Shown: positions 9,186 through 18,024 of the stretch, piece by piece | Layout of the letters: each line of letters starts with the position of its first letter | How positions within the stretch are numbered: the stretch's first letter is position 1 | Assembly (NCBI GenBank): GCA_964436815.1 | Contig: CAYTER010000006.1 | Location: 2,591-66,590, forward strand | Length of the DNA: 64,000 nt | Reading direction: 5' to 3' | Origin: an uncultured Syntrophomonadaceae bacterium | GTDB taxonomy: Bacteria > Bacillota > Dethiobacteria > DTU022 | Notes under the pieces: generated by a model | The model's input: only the letters and a program-made list of their open reading frames with translations | Databases searched by the model: none | What the model was told of the DNA's origin: nothing | Program-made: the position numbers and the translations under genes

Positions 9186-10115
9186 ATGAATATATCAGGC
9201 CGGCCGATTAATATACCCTACAATACGGCGTTTGTTGTCAATCCGACCAGCGGCGCAGGAAATGCAGGGAAGGTATGGCCGCAAATTGCCGAACTGTTGG
9301 ATTACTCCGGACAACGATACAAGGTTTATTTTACCCGCTTTCATGGGGATGGTAGTAATCTGGCTGCAAAGGCAGTGCGAGAAGGGGCTGAGCTTGTTGT
9401 TGCCGTTGGCGGAGACGGAACGCTGAGGGAAGTTGTTAATGGCATCGAGCCCGATCAAACTGTCTTTGCAGTGATACCTCTTGGAACAGGAAATGGATTC
9501 AGACGTGGTTGCGGTCTGCCGGGGCAGTGGCAAAGTGCTTTATATGGCCTGGGACAGTGGCAGCCTCGGAAAATCGATCTTGGAGTGATCAATGGATCAT
9601 ACTTTTTGAATGTTGCTGGAATTGGTTTTGATGCGGCAGTAGCCGAAATGGCATCCGACAAGTACAGGAAAGTTAAAGGTTATACTGCTTACCTGATGGC
9701 CTTCTTTGATGAATTGCAGCATTTTGATCATTTTAGTGCAAAAATAGCAGGCCAAGAGTGGGAAGCGCTACAGCATGACGCCCTGTTGATCCTGGCAGCC
9801 AATGGGCCTTACTATGGAGCAGGATTTAAGATCGCACCCGATGCCGCCATTGATGATGGTAAACTTGATCTGATCATTATTCGCAAACTCAATAATCCTG
9901 AGACGACTTTACTGGCCTTTCAGGCTATGGTTGGGAGACATCTTAACCACCAGGCAGTTATCTCAGCCAAAGTAAAAGAGGTTCATATCGAAGCAGATCA
10001 CCAGGTTCCTCTGCACATCGATGGAGAGATTACCGGTAAGCTCCCGGTGCAGATAAGTGTCAAGGCCGGTGCGTTAAGGATTATTGCGCCGACGGAAACA
10101 AAGGATGACCGGTAA
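9186..10115 (+). CDS. Diacylglycerol-kinase-family lipid kinase (YegS/DagK-like)
   Basis: 309 aa. GGDGTLREVVNG catalytic-domain motif. Confidence 0.85.
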   Translation: MNISGRPINIPYNTAFVVNPTSGAGNAGKVWPQIAELLDYSGQRYKVYFTRFHGDGSNLAAKAVREGAELVVAVGGDGTLREVVNGIEPDQTVFAVIPLGTGNGFRRGCGLPGQWQSALYGLGQWQPRKIDLGVINGSYFLNVAGIGFDAAVAEMASDKYRKVKGYTAYLMAFFDELQHFDHFSAKIAGQEWEALQHDALLILAANGPYYGAGFKIAPDAAIDDGKLDLIIIRKLNNPETTLLAFQAMVGRHLNHQAVISAKVKEVHIEADHQVPLHIDGEITGKLPVQISVKAGALRIIAPTETKDDR

Positions 10116-10134
10116 CTATTTTTACTGCAGCTAC

Positions 10135-10163
10135 TTGATAAGCGCTTTCAGAGTCGGTATAAT
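10135..10163 (+). promoter_or_regulatory. Sigma-A promoter for tRNA-Leu
   Basis: TTGATA (10135-10140), a 17-nt spacer, TATAAT (10158-10163), about 20 nt before the tRNA 5' end. Confidence 0.5.
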
Positions 10164-10182
10164 AACAAGGCGGGCCAATCTT

Positions 10183-10269
10183 GCGAGCGTGGCGGAACGG
10201 CAGACGCGCTAGGTTCAGGACCTAGTGGGCTTAACGCCCGTGGAGGTTCAAGTCCTCTCGCTCGCACCA
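10183..10269 (+). tRNA. tRNA-Leu (anticodon CAG), class II with a long variable arm, CCA encoded
   Basis: Acceptor GCGAGCG/CGCTCGC, anticodon stem-loop CTAGG-TTCAGGA-CCTAG, long variable arm, T-loop GGTTCAAGTCC, 3' ACCA. Confidence 0.9.
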
Positions 10270-10274
10270 TAATA

Positions 10275-10305
10275 TTAAGGCGTCCTCTGTAATAGGGCGC
10301 CTTAA
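10275..10305 (+). terminator. Hairpin terminator after tRNA-Leu
   Basis: TTAAGGCGTCC ... GGGCGCCTTAA, an 11-bp stem with one G-U pair, followed by a T-rich TTATTGCTT. Confidence 0.45.
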
Positions 10306-10348
10306 TTATTGCTTAAAGGTCAAATCTGGTTTGTTGATTACTCTGTGA

Positions 10349-11221
10349 TCAAGATTTTTTAGATAACCCATGCAAGACTAGACTATAAACCGTTTCCAGA
10401 ACTTGGTCAGGGCCATACTTCGCATCTAAAATATCCCTGTAGGAGAAAGTTTCAAGCAGTGAAATAAGGGCGAAACTGGCAATTTCACTGTTAACCGGCC
10501 TGAAATCACCCCTGACTATACCCCTCTCCAGATCTTTAGCCAGTGGATCGACCCAGGCCTTTCTCAAGATTTCTTCTGCCCGCAAACGCTCTTCAATATC
10601 ATCCTGACGCAGTGAATCCTTCAGCAAATTGATTGATGTTAAAACCCTGCTGGAGTGAGCATGACCGGCTTTCCAACGTTTTTCAAGACGCCCCGTCGGT
10701 GTTTTCTCCCGGCGGATGCTATCAAGCGCTCGCTTGGAAAAAGCATCAAAGATACTGCTAAGACAGGTTATGTACAGATCTTTTTTATTCTTAAAATAAT
10801 AGTAGAATGAGGGTTTTGTAATTCCTACGCTGTCCATAATTTCAGCGATGGTAGTTTGACTGTAGCCTTTCCGGAGAAATATTTGCGAAGCCTTCTGAAT
10901 GATTTGTTCCCTGGTTTTTGAATCCGAGTAGTTTCCGGTTTTTCTTTTCAGTTTTTGAACGGATGGCAATTTGGATTTTTGTTCCCAAAGGTTCGCTGCA
11001 TGCGCCAGTGGAATTGCTTCTGCATTGCATTTTTTCAGAAATAACAGGCAGTCAAGATGCTGTTGACTATAATAAGCCTGATTTATGTTTTTATAGACTG
11101 GGGGATGAAGATACTTCATCCTCAGGTAGTAATGAATCAGTTGCTTACTAATCCCTGATCTCTTCGCCAGCTCCCCAATTCTCATTACTTTATCGGATGC
11201 CGCTATTTCCACGATCTTCAC
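10349..11221 (-). CDS. Dual-HTH transcriptional regulator: N-terminal MerR-type HTH fused to a complete TetR/AcrR-type regulator
   Basis: 290 aa. MRIGELAKRSGISKQLIHYYLRMKYL is MerR-like. REQIIQKASQIFLRKGYSQTTIAEIMDSVGITKPSFYYYFKNKKDLY is a TetR N-terminal HTH, followed by a helical ligand-type domain. Confidence 0.8.
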   Translation of the reverse strand: MKIVEIAASDKVMRIGELAKRSGISKQLIHYYLRMKYLHPPVYKNINQAYYSQQHLDCLLFLKKCNAEAIPLAHAANLWEQKSKLPSVQKLKRKTGNYSDSKTREQIIQKASQIFLRKGYSQTTIAEIMDSVGITKPSFYYYFKNKKDLYITCLSSIFDAFSKRALDSIRREKTPTGRLEKRWKAGHAHSSRVLTSINLLKDSLRQDDIEERLRAEEILRKAWVDPLAKDLERGIVRGDFRPVNSEIASFALISLLETFSYRDILDAKYGPDQVLETVYSLVLHGLSKKS

Positions 11222-11349
11222 CCCGCAGTACTGGCACAGAAATTTATATACTTATTATACGTTAACTAGACATATCCTTTATTTATGAGTAAAGATAAGG
11301 CCGCTTGTTAATAATATTATCGAAATATATAGGTGATTAAAAATATTGA

Positions 11350-11390
11350 TTTAATGGGTTCAAAGCAATAGACTAAATATAACCATTAAA
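11350..11390. promoter_or_regulatory. Inverted repeat in the regulator/operon intergenic region (possible operator or 5'-UTR hairpin)
   Basis: TTTAATGG (11350-11357) and CCATTAAA (11383-11390) separated by 25 nt. It ends 13 nt before the ATG at 11404. Confidence 0.25.
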
Positions 11391-11403
11391 CCAAGGGGGT
11401 ACT

Positions 11404-12321
11404 ATGTTAATGACAACCATTAAATTTGACGGTAAAGTAGCTGTAATCACCGGTGCCGGAGGCGGTCTCGGTAAAGCTTACGCCCTGCTGCTGGCATCGC
11501 GGGGAGCAAAAGTGGTGGTCAATGATCTCGGAGGGACATTTGACGGCAGCGGCTCTGACGCCACTCCGGCTCAACAGGTAGTTGATGAAATCAAAGCAGC
11601 CGGCGGTGAAGCGGTTGCCAATTACGACAGTGTGGCGGAATGGGACAGCGCACAAAATATTATTAATACAGCGATTAATCAGTATGGGCGGTTAGATATT
11701 CTGATCAACAATGCTGGTATTCTGCGAGATAAAAGCCTTTTGAAAATGGAGCTGGAAGATTATAGGAAAATAATGTCAGTTCATCTTGACGGAACCTTTT
11801 ACTGTACGAAAGCGGCGTTTGCAATTATGAAAGACCAGACCTATGGCCGGATTGTTTCGACTGCATCGGCTGCCGGCCTTTATGGCAACTTTGGCCAAAC
11901 CAACTATGGGGCTGCGAAAATGGGCATTGCCGGGATGATGAACTGTGTTGCTCAGGAAGGGGCCCGCTACAACATAAAAGCTAATACGATAGTCCCGACT
12001 GCCGGCACCAGGCTGACCTTTACGGTAATGCCCGAAGATGTTATCGGAAAAGTTAAGCCGGATTATGTTGCGCCGGTCGTTGCCTGGCTTTGTTCGGAAG
12101 AATGTACGGAAACCGCAAAGATGATCAGCGCGGGCGGCGGCTATTTCAGCCGGGCTGCCGTAGTTGAAGGCCCCGGGGTAGTATTTGATTCGAACAAAGA
12201 GATCACGATCGAAATGATTGTAGATAACCTTGAACAAATTATGAACCTGGAAGGCGGAAAAGAATTTGCTTCAGCGATGGAGCAGGCTGGCACAGTTCTA
12301 TCGAAAATGAGTATGAGCTAA
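11404..12321 (+). CDS. SDR-family (3R)-hydroxyacyl-CoA dehydrogenase-like protein (MFE-2/17beta-HSD4 dehydrogenase-domain type)
   Basis: 305 aa. TGAGGGLG cofactor motif, NNAGI, and the YGAAK catalytic Y-x3-K. Confidence 0.85.
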   Translation: MLMTTIKFDGKVAVITGAGGGLGKAYALLLASRGAKVVVNDLGGTFDGSGSDATPAQQVVDEIKAAGGEAVANYDSVAEWDSAQNIINTAINQYGRLDILINNAGILRDKSLLKMELEDYRKIMSVHLDGTFYCTKAAFAIMKDQTYGRIVSTASAAGLYGNFGQTNYGAAKMGIAGMMNCVAQEGARYNIKANTIVPTAGTRLTFTVMPEDVIGKVKPDYVAPVVAWLCSEECTETAKMISAGGGYFSRAAVVEGPGVVFDSNKEITIEMIVDNLEQIMNLEGGKEFASAMEQAGTVLSKMSMS

Positions 12322-12370
12322 ATTGAATTAAAATTATAAAGTGAAATATAAATCAGAAAGGAGTTAAATT

Positions 12371-13216
12371 ATGCCGATCGATCCAAAGCTGGTTGGTAAA
12401 GAACTTCCTGCCTTAGAGTTTAATTATACTCAAAAAGATATCATGCTCTATGCTCTCGGTATCGGTGCAGGAGCAGATCCTGAAGACTTGAAATATGTTT
12501 ATGAAAGTGAGCTGGCAGTAATCCCGACTTATGGGGTTATTCCGCCTTTTGGAGCATTATTTAGCATTGTTGGCATGGAAGGGATGGATTTTAATCTGGC
12601 CATGCTGCTTCACGGTGAACAGTACCTGGAGTTAAACAGGGAGATTCCAACTGCAGGAACACTGACTTCCTTTCCCAAAATTGCAGCGATTTATGATAAA
12701 GGAAAGGGAGCGCTGATTGAAATTGAAGTAGAGACCAAGAACAATAAAGGTGAAAAAGTATTTTTTAACCGGTTTAGCACATTTATCCGCGGTGAAGGCG
12801 GTTTCGGCGGAGAAAGGGGGCCTGAACCGGAATTCGATGCTCCTGACCGTAAGCCTGATCGAATAGCAGAAATGAAAACGCTACCCCAACAAGCACTGAT
12901 CTACAGACTCTCCGGTGATTTTAACCCTCTGCATGCAGACCCTGGTTTTGCTGCAATGGGTGGTTTTGAAAAACCGATCTTGCACGGTCTCTGTACTTTT
13001 GGCTTCGCCGGCCGGGCAGTACTAAAAGAGTTTTGTCATAACGATCCGCAAAAATTCAAAGCGATTAAAGTTCGCTTTTCCCGGCATGTTTACCCCGGGG
13101 AAACGATTGTGACCGAAATGTGGCAGGAAAAGGATGACCAGATCATTATACGCTCAAAGACCGCCGAACGTGGAGAATATTGCCTTACTAATGCAGCGGT
13201 CTGGCTAAACCAATAA
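12371..13216 (+). CDS. MaoC-like double hot-dog (R)-specific enoyl-CoA hydratase (MFE-2 hydratase-2 type)
   Basis: 281 aa. [14 protein letters not shown] hydratase-2 motif in the C-terminal hot-dog fold. Confidence 0.85.
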   Translation: MPIDPKLVGKELPALEFNYTQKDIMLYALGIGAGADPEDLKYVYESELAVIPTYGVIPPFGALFSIVGMEGMDFNLAMLLHGEQYLELNREIPTAGTLTSFPKIAAIYDKGKGALIEIEVETKNNKGEKVFFNRFSTFIRGEGGFGGERGPEPEFDAPDRKPDRIAEMKTLPQQALIYRLSGDFNPLHADPGFAAMGGFEKPILHGLCTFGFAGRAVLKEFCHNDPQKFKAIKVRFSRHVYPGETIVTEMWQEKDDQIIIRSKTAERGEYCLTNAAVWLNQ

Positions 13217-13239
13217 ACTGATAAAGGGGTGAACAAAGG

Positions 13240-14706
13240 GTGATTGGTATATGCTCATATGCAGGATATATACCACGATTCCGTTTAAACAGGATGACTA
13301 TCTTCAGCGCTATGGGCTGGCTTAATCCGGCTATCATCATGAATGCTGCCGGTGATAAAGCAGTAGCCAATTTTGATGAAGACGCCATTACCATGGCAGT
13401 TGAAGCGGGTTCCAAATGCCTGCAGGGTTTTGATCCAGGCCAGGTGGGAGCAGTCTATTTCGCTACCACTACCGCTCCTTTCCGGGAGCGGCAGAGCGCC
13501 AATCTAATCGCAGGGGCTTTATCAACCAGTGAGGAAATCAGGACAGCTGATTTCGGCGGATCCGTAAAATCAGGCACAGCAGCGCTGCTGGCTGCCCTGG
13601 AATATGCTGCCGGTGAAGATGGCCGGCAAGCCTTGGCCTGTGCGGCAGATTGCCGGATGGGCAAAGTCGGATCGGTGCAGGAGATGGTTTTTGGTGACGG
13701 TGGAGCAGCAGTTCTCGTTGGCGGTGAGAAGGTTATCGCCGCTTACCGAGGTTCTTACTCACTGGCTTGTGATTTTGTTGATCACCTGCGGGGTTCTAAT
13801 TCAAAATATGACCGGCAATGGGAAGAACGCTGGATCAGGGATCTGGGCTATGATCAGATAATTCCGCAGGCCATCGATGGCTTACTAAAAAAATATCAGC
13901 TGCAGCTCACGGACTTTAAAAAAGTAATCTACCCTTGTTATTACGGCGGGGCCCGGAAAAATATCAATCGCAAGCTCGGCCTTTCACCGGATCAGGTCCA
14001 GGATGACCTGATGATGGATGCCGGCGACACTGGATCTGCCCATCCGCTTCTGATGCTGGCCAGAGCCCTGGAAGATGCTGCTCCCGGAGATCGCCTGCTG
14101 CTGATCAGTTTTGGTAATGGCTGCGATGCGCTGATCTTTGAAGTGACAGAGGAAATCAGAAATTTAAAGGGGCGGCAACGAGTATCCGATTCGATCCTAA
14201 ATCAGGTGGAGTTGGATAACTTTTATAAATACCTGACCTGGCGTGAAATGCTGCCGGTTGATGTCGGTTTGCGCGGTGAAGAGGAAAGACTGACCCGCTG
14301 GTCGCTGGTCTGGCGCAGCCGCCGGGCTATTCTAGGCCTGGAAGGGACCTGTTGCCTGGCATGCGGGACCCAGCAGTATCCACCTCAACGGGTTTGCGTA
14401 AACCCGGATTGTGGCGCAGTTGACCGCATGGAACCGGTTGTTCTCTCGAACAAAAAAGGCAAAATTGTCAGCTTCACTTCCGACCTGCTGGCTGCAACTA
14501 CAAATCCTCCGGCGATCTATGGTAATGTTGACTTTGATGGCGGTGGCCGCTGTATGTTTGATTTCACCGATTGCATCCAGGAAGATCTCGCAGTCGGAAA
14601 AAACGTCCGCTTTTCCTTCAGAATTAAGTATTATGATCCGAAGCGCGATACTACATTTTATTTCTGGAAAGCAGTCCCAACCGGGGAGGTGACAGTTAAT
14701 GGCTGA
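13240..14706 (+). CDS. HMG-CoA-synthase-fold (thiolase-superfamily) domain fused to a DUF35 zinc-ribbon/OB-fold domain. The condensing-enzyme catalytic residues appear to be substituted.
   Basis: 488 aa, GTG start. The N-terminus IGICSYAGYIPRFRL...NFDEDAITMAVEAG...ALACAADCRMG is HMGCS-like. The C-terminus has CLACGTQQYPPQRVCVNPDCG (DUF35 zinc ribbon) followed by an OB-like segment. Confidence 0.8.
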   Translation: MIGICSYAGYIPRFRLNRMTIFSAMGWLNPAIIMNAAGDKAVANFDEDAITMAVEAGSKCLQGFDPGQVGAVYFATTTAPFRERQSANLIAGALSTSEEIRTADFGGSVKSGTAALLAALEYAAGEDGRQALACAADCRMGKVGSVQEMVFGDGGAAVLVGGEKVIAAYRGSYSLACDFVDHLRGSNSKYDRQWEERWIRDLGYDQIIPQAIDGLLKKYQLQLTDFKKVIYPCYYGGARKNINRKLGLSPDQVQDDLMMDAGDTGSAHPLLMLARALEDAAPGDRLLLISFGNGCDALIFEVTEEIRNLKGRQRVSDSILNQVELDNFYKYLTWREMLPVDVGLRGEEERLTRWSLVWRSRRAILGLEGTCCLACGTQQYPPQRVCVNPDCGAVDRMEPVVLSNKKGKIVSFTSDLLAATTNPPAIYGNVDFDGGGRCMFDFTDCIQEDLAVGKNVRFSFRIKYYDPKRDTTFYFWKAVPTGEVTVNG

Positions 14707-15910
14707 TGGTATAAAAGATAAGGTAGCCATTCTTGGCATGGGTTGCTCGGTTTTTGGAGAACGGTGGGAGGATGATTCCTCGGATCTTCTGCTGGAAGCG
14801 TTTCTCGAGTGTATCGAAGACGCCGGCTTGGAAAAGAAAGATATCAATGCAGCCTGGATTGGCAATCATATTGACGAAATCAGCATCGGCAAAGGTGGAT
14901 GCTATATTGCCAATGCCTTGCATCTTCCCTATATTCCGGTTACCAGGGTGGAAAATTTCTGTGCTTCCGGTACTGAAGCTTTCCGCGGAGCCTGCTACGC
15001 GGTCGCATCCGGAGCATATGATATTGTACTGGCTGCCGGAGTGGAAAAACTAAAAGATGTTGGGTACGGAGGATTACCGGATTCACCAATCTTCGGACAG
15101 CTGGCGAGGTTAATTAGCCCCAATGCGACAGCTCCAGGTCTTTTCGCCCAACTGGCCACAGCTTATGCAGCAAAGTACAATCTGCCGATGGACCAGGTTA
15201 AAGAAGCAATCACCCACATATCATGGAAGAGCCATCAGAATGGAGCTAAAAATCCCAAAGCGCATCTGCGTAAAGAGATTACCACCAACCAGATATGCGA
15301 ATCGCCATTTGTAGCTTACCCGCTTGGCTTGTTCGATTGCTGCGGAGTGAGCGACGGCTCAGCTATGGCAATTGTTACCACGCCGGAAATAGCAGCAAAG
15401 TTAAAGCCAAAACAGGAGCTGGTTACCGTTAAAGCGCTGCAGATTTCTGTAAGCTCCGGTGAAGAGTTGATTCACAATCGCTGGGATGGCAGCGGATTAA
15501 TGACAACGCAGCATGCTGCCCGCAAAGCTTATGCCGAAGCGGGTATTAACAATCCGCGCCAGGAATTGGGAATGATCGAAGTTCATGACTGTTTTTCAAT
15601 TACCGAGATGGTTACCATGGAAGATCTGATGATTTCTCCACCGGGAAAGGCGCCGGAAGATATCCTCAGTGGTTTTTACGATCTCGATGGTGAAGTGGCC
15701 TGTCAGCCTGATGGTGGACTAAAGTGCTTTGGCCATCCGATCGGCGCCTCAGGGTTAAGAATGATCTATGAAATATATAATCAGCTGCTCAGACGCTGGC
15801 CTGAAGATAGGCTGGTAAAAAACCCGAAGTTAGGCCTAACTCATAATCTGGGGGGCATTCCTGCCCAGAATGTTTGCAGTATTTGTATCCTTGGTTTAGA
15901 GGAAAGTTAG
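14699..15910 (+). CDS. SCP-x/nonspecific-lipid-transfer-type thiolase (the DUF35-associated type)
   Basis: 403 aa. Nucleophile context VENFCASGTEAF, EVHDCFS, and [14 protein letters not shown]. Overlaps the upstream gene by 8 nt (ATGGCTGA). Confidence 0.85.
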   Translation: MADGIKDKVAILGMGCSVFGERWEDDSSDLLLEAFLECIEDAGLEKKDINAAWIGNHIDEISIGKGGCYIANALHLPYIPVTRVENFCASGTEAFRGACYAVASGAYDIVLAAGVEKLKDVGYGGLPDSPIFGQLARLISPNATAPGLFAQLATAYAAKYNLPMDQVKEAITHISWKSHQNGAKNPKAHLRKEITTNQICESPFVAYPLGLFDCCGVSDGSAMAIVTTPEIAAKLKPKQELVTVKALQISVSSGEELIHNRWDGSGLMTTQHAARKAYAEAGINNPRQELGMIEVHDCFSITEMVTMEDLMISPPGKAPEDILSGFYDLDGEVACQPDGGLKCFGHPIGASGLRMIYEIYNQLLRRWPEDRLVKNPKLGLTHNLGGIPAQNVCSICILGLEES

Positions 15911-15962
15911 GGTTTTAGTGAATAAAAGCGCTTAGTCGTGAAAGCTCTGCTGACTGGAGATG

Positions 15963-16003
15963 AGGATGCAGTGATCTGTTCCTTTGAAAAGATCCTGCAT
16001 CCT
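15963..16003 (+). other. Strong intra-operon hairpin (possible attenuator, terminator or processing site)
   Basis: AGGATGCAG-T-GATCT...AGATC-CTGCATCCT (9+5 bp) followed by TTCTC. It lies in a 230-nt gap between the thiolase and CoA-transferase genes. Confidence 0.35.
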
Positions 16004-16149
16004 TTCTCAGTCATTGAAAACTTCTTGTGGACATTGTGTAAGAATCGTAACGGTAAAAACTGATCATCATGTAGAAGGGAATAATATGGAGCTAGAGAAT
16101 AAGATAGTGTAGTTCAGCCTAGCTGTCATCAAAACGGGAGGTGGTTTTC

Positions 16150-17172
16150 GTGACCGATTTCACAGAACTGTTAAAAGAAAAAAACGTTACCTATAAACCG
16201 GCAGGATGCGGTAAAATTTACACTGATCCGGATGCTGACCGGGCAAGGGTATACTTTCGTGATCAGAAGCCGCGTAAAATGATTGAAAAGACGATGTCGG
16301 TTGAAGATGCGGTAAAAAGTTTAATTAATGACGGAGATTATATCGGTGTTGGTGGTTTTGGCGCCAACCGTATCCCGACAGCAGTGCTGCACGAAATGGT
16401 CAGGCAGGGAAAGAAAAACTTAGGCCTGGCCGGACATACGGCAACCCACGATTTTCAGATCCTGGTTGCTGGAAAATGTGTTAACCGGTGTGATGTTGCC
16501 TATGTTGTCGGCCTCGAGGCCCGGGGTCTTTCAAAAATTGCCCGCAAAGCAATTGAAAGCGGTGAAATTGATACAACAGAATGGACCAACGCGGCCCTGA
16601 CCTGGCGCTATAAAGCAGCGGCGATGGGTATTTCATTTATGCCAGTTCGCTGTATGCTTGGCACCGATACACAAAAATATAGCGCTTCCATGGAAATAGA
16701 ATGTCCTTTTACCGGTACCAAGTACCTGGCCGTCCCTGCTTTATTTCCCGATGTTGGGATTATCCATGTTCATCGGGCTGATGTTTACGGCAACTGTCAG
16801 ATTGATGGGATAATGGTAGCTGACAGTGATTTGGCCAGGGCAGCTAAAAGACTGATCATAACCACTGAAAGACTGGTGCCGAACCTGGTTATTCGCCGTG
16901 AGCCGACGCGTACGGTTATCCCTTATTATTTAGTTGATGCCGTGATCGAAGTGCCCTTTGGCAGTTATCCCGGGAACATGGCCTACGAGTATTTCAGTGA
17001 CGAGGACCATCTGCGTGATTGGCTGAAAGCAGAAAATGATCCCGATGAGCTTAAAGCTTTTCTGAAACGTTATATCTATGATGTAAAAGATTTTAACGGA
17101 TACTTAGATCAGGTTGGCGGTATGGCAAGATTGCAGGAACTGAGATACCAAGAAAATATGGTAGAAAAATAA
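16150..17172 (+). CDS. Family-I CoA-transferase subunit A (glutaconate CoA-transferase GctA-like)
   Basis: The ORF track starts at GTG 16141. I prefer GTG 16150, 8 nt after GGGAGG. DGDYIGVGGFG motif. There is a roughly 50-aa N-terminal extension before the conserved core. Confidence 0.85.
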   Translation: MTDFTELLKEKNVTYKPAGCGKIYTDPDADRARVYFRDQKPRKMIEKTMSVEDAVKSLINDGDYIGVGGFGANRIPTAVLHEMVRQGKKNLGLAGHTATHDFQILVAGKCVNRCDVAYVVGLEARGLSKIARKAIESGEIDTTEWTNAALTWRYKAAAMGISFMPVRCMLGTDTQKYSASMEIECPFTGTKYLAVPALFPDVGIIHVHRADVYGNCQIDGIMVADSDLARAAKRLIITTERLVPNLVIRREPTRTVIPYYLVDAVIEVPFGSYPGNMAYEYFSDEDHLRDWLKAENDPDELKAFLKRYIYDVKDFNGYLDQVGGMARLQELRYQENMVEK

Positions 17173-17204
17173 TACCGATACCGATCTTTAGGAGGTAATA
17201 AATT

Positions 17205-17975
17205 ATGGAATATAATGACATGGAGCTGATGATCTGTCTGGCTTCCCGTTATCTTGAAGATGACAGTATTGTCGTGGTTGGAACCGGTGCCCCCTGTGCG
17301 GCCGCTATGCTGGCGCAGAAGCTGTATTCTCCCCGCCTGATGATCATGTTTGAAGCGGGCGGTATAGGACCTCTTCTGCCGTCAATGCCCATTTCGGTTG
17401 GTGATTCAAGGACATTTTACAGGGCGTTAGCCGCCAGCAGCATGCCTGAAATCATGGAAACCTGCCAGCGAGGCCTGGTCGATTACACATTTTTAGGCGG
17501 TGCTCAAATTGATCAATATGGCAATATAAACTCCACCATGATTGGAGATAATTATAAGACTCCGAAAGTCCGCTTTCCCGGGAGCGGTGGCGCCAATGAT
17601 CTTGGATCACTCTGCTGGAAGACAATGATGATAACCCCCCAGGATCAGAGACGTTTTACGGAAAAGATCGATTTTGTAACAACTCCGGGTTACCTAACCG
17701 GTCCAGGAGCAAGGGAAGAAGCCGGTCTGCCGGCCGGCAGCGGTCCGTATAAAGTGATTACGAATCTCTGTGTGATCGGTTTCGACGAAGAGACTAAAAG
17801 GATGAAGGTTGAAAGCATGCACCCCGGTATTACCAGAGAAGCAGTTAGCGAGAATACCGGATTTGAACTTCTCTGGTCAGACAGCTTGACGGAAAGCGAT
17901 CCACCAAGCACTGATGAGCTGAATATTTTACGCAGTGAAGTAGACCCTTACCGTTATATAATCGGCAGGGAATAA
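17205..17975 (+). CDS. Family-I CoA-transferase subunit B (GctB-like)
   Basis: 256 aa. Candidate catalytic Glu in [11 protein letters not shown], plus GSGGANDL. Confidence 0.85.
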   Translation: MEYNDMELMICLASRYLEDDSIVVVGTGAPCAAAMLAQKLYSPRLMIMFEAGGIGPLLPSMPISVGDSRTFYRALAASSMPEIMETCQRGLVDYTFLGGAQIDQYGNINSTMIGDNYKTPKVRFPGSGGANDLGSLCWKTMMITPQDQRRFTEKIDFVTTPGYLTGPGAREEAGLPAGSGPYKVITNLCVIGFDEETKRMKVESMHPGITREAVSENTGFELLWSDSLTESDPPSTDELNILRSEVDPYRYIIGRE

Positions 17976-18024
17976 TATTGAAGAATTTAAAATTAAGCGC
18001 AGTACACAGCAGGAGGGACAGGCT

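Noticed and set aside
11374-11383. A third occurrence of TAAATATAAC, upstream of the SDR gene, as another Rrf2 site.
   Set aside because: Only a 10-mer is shared and the partner half-site is missing. Short AT-rich matches like this are expected by chance in AT-rich intergenic DNA.
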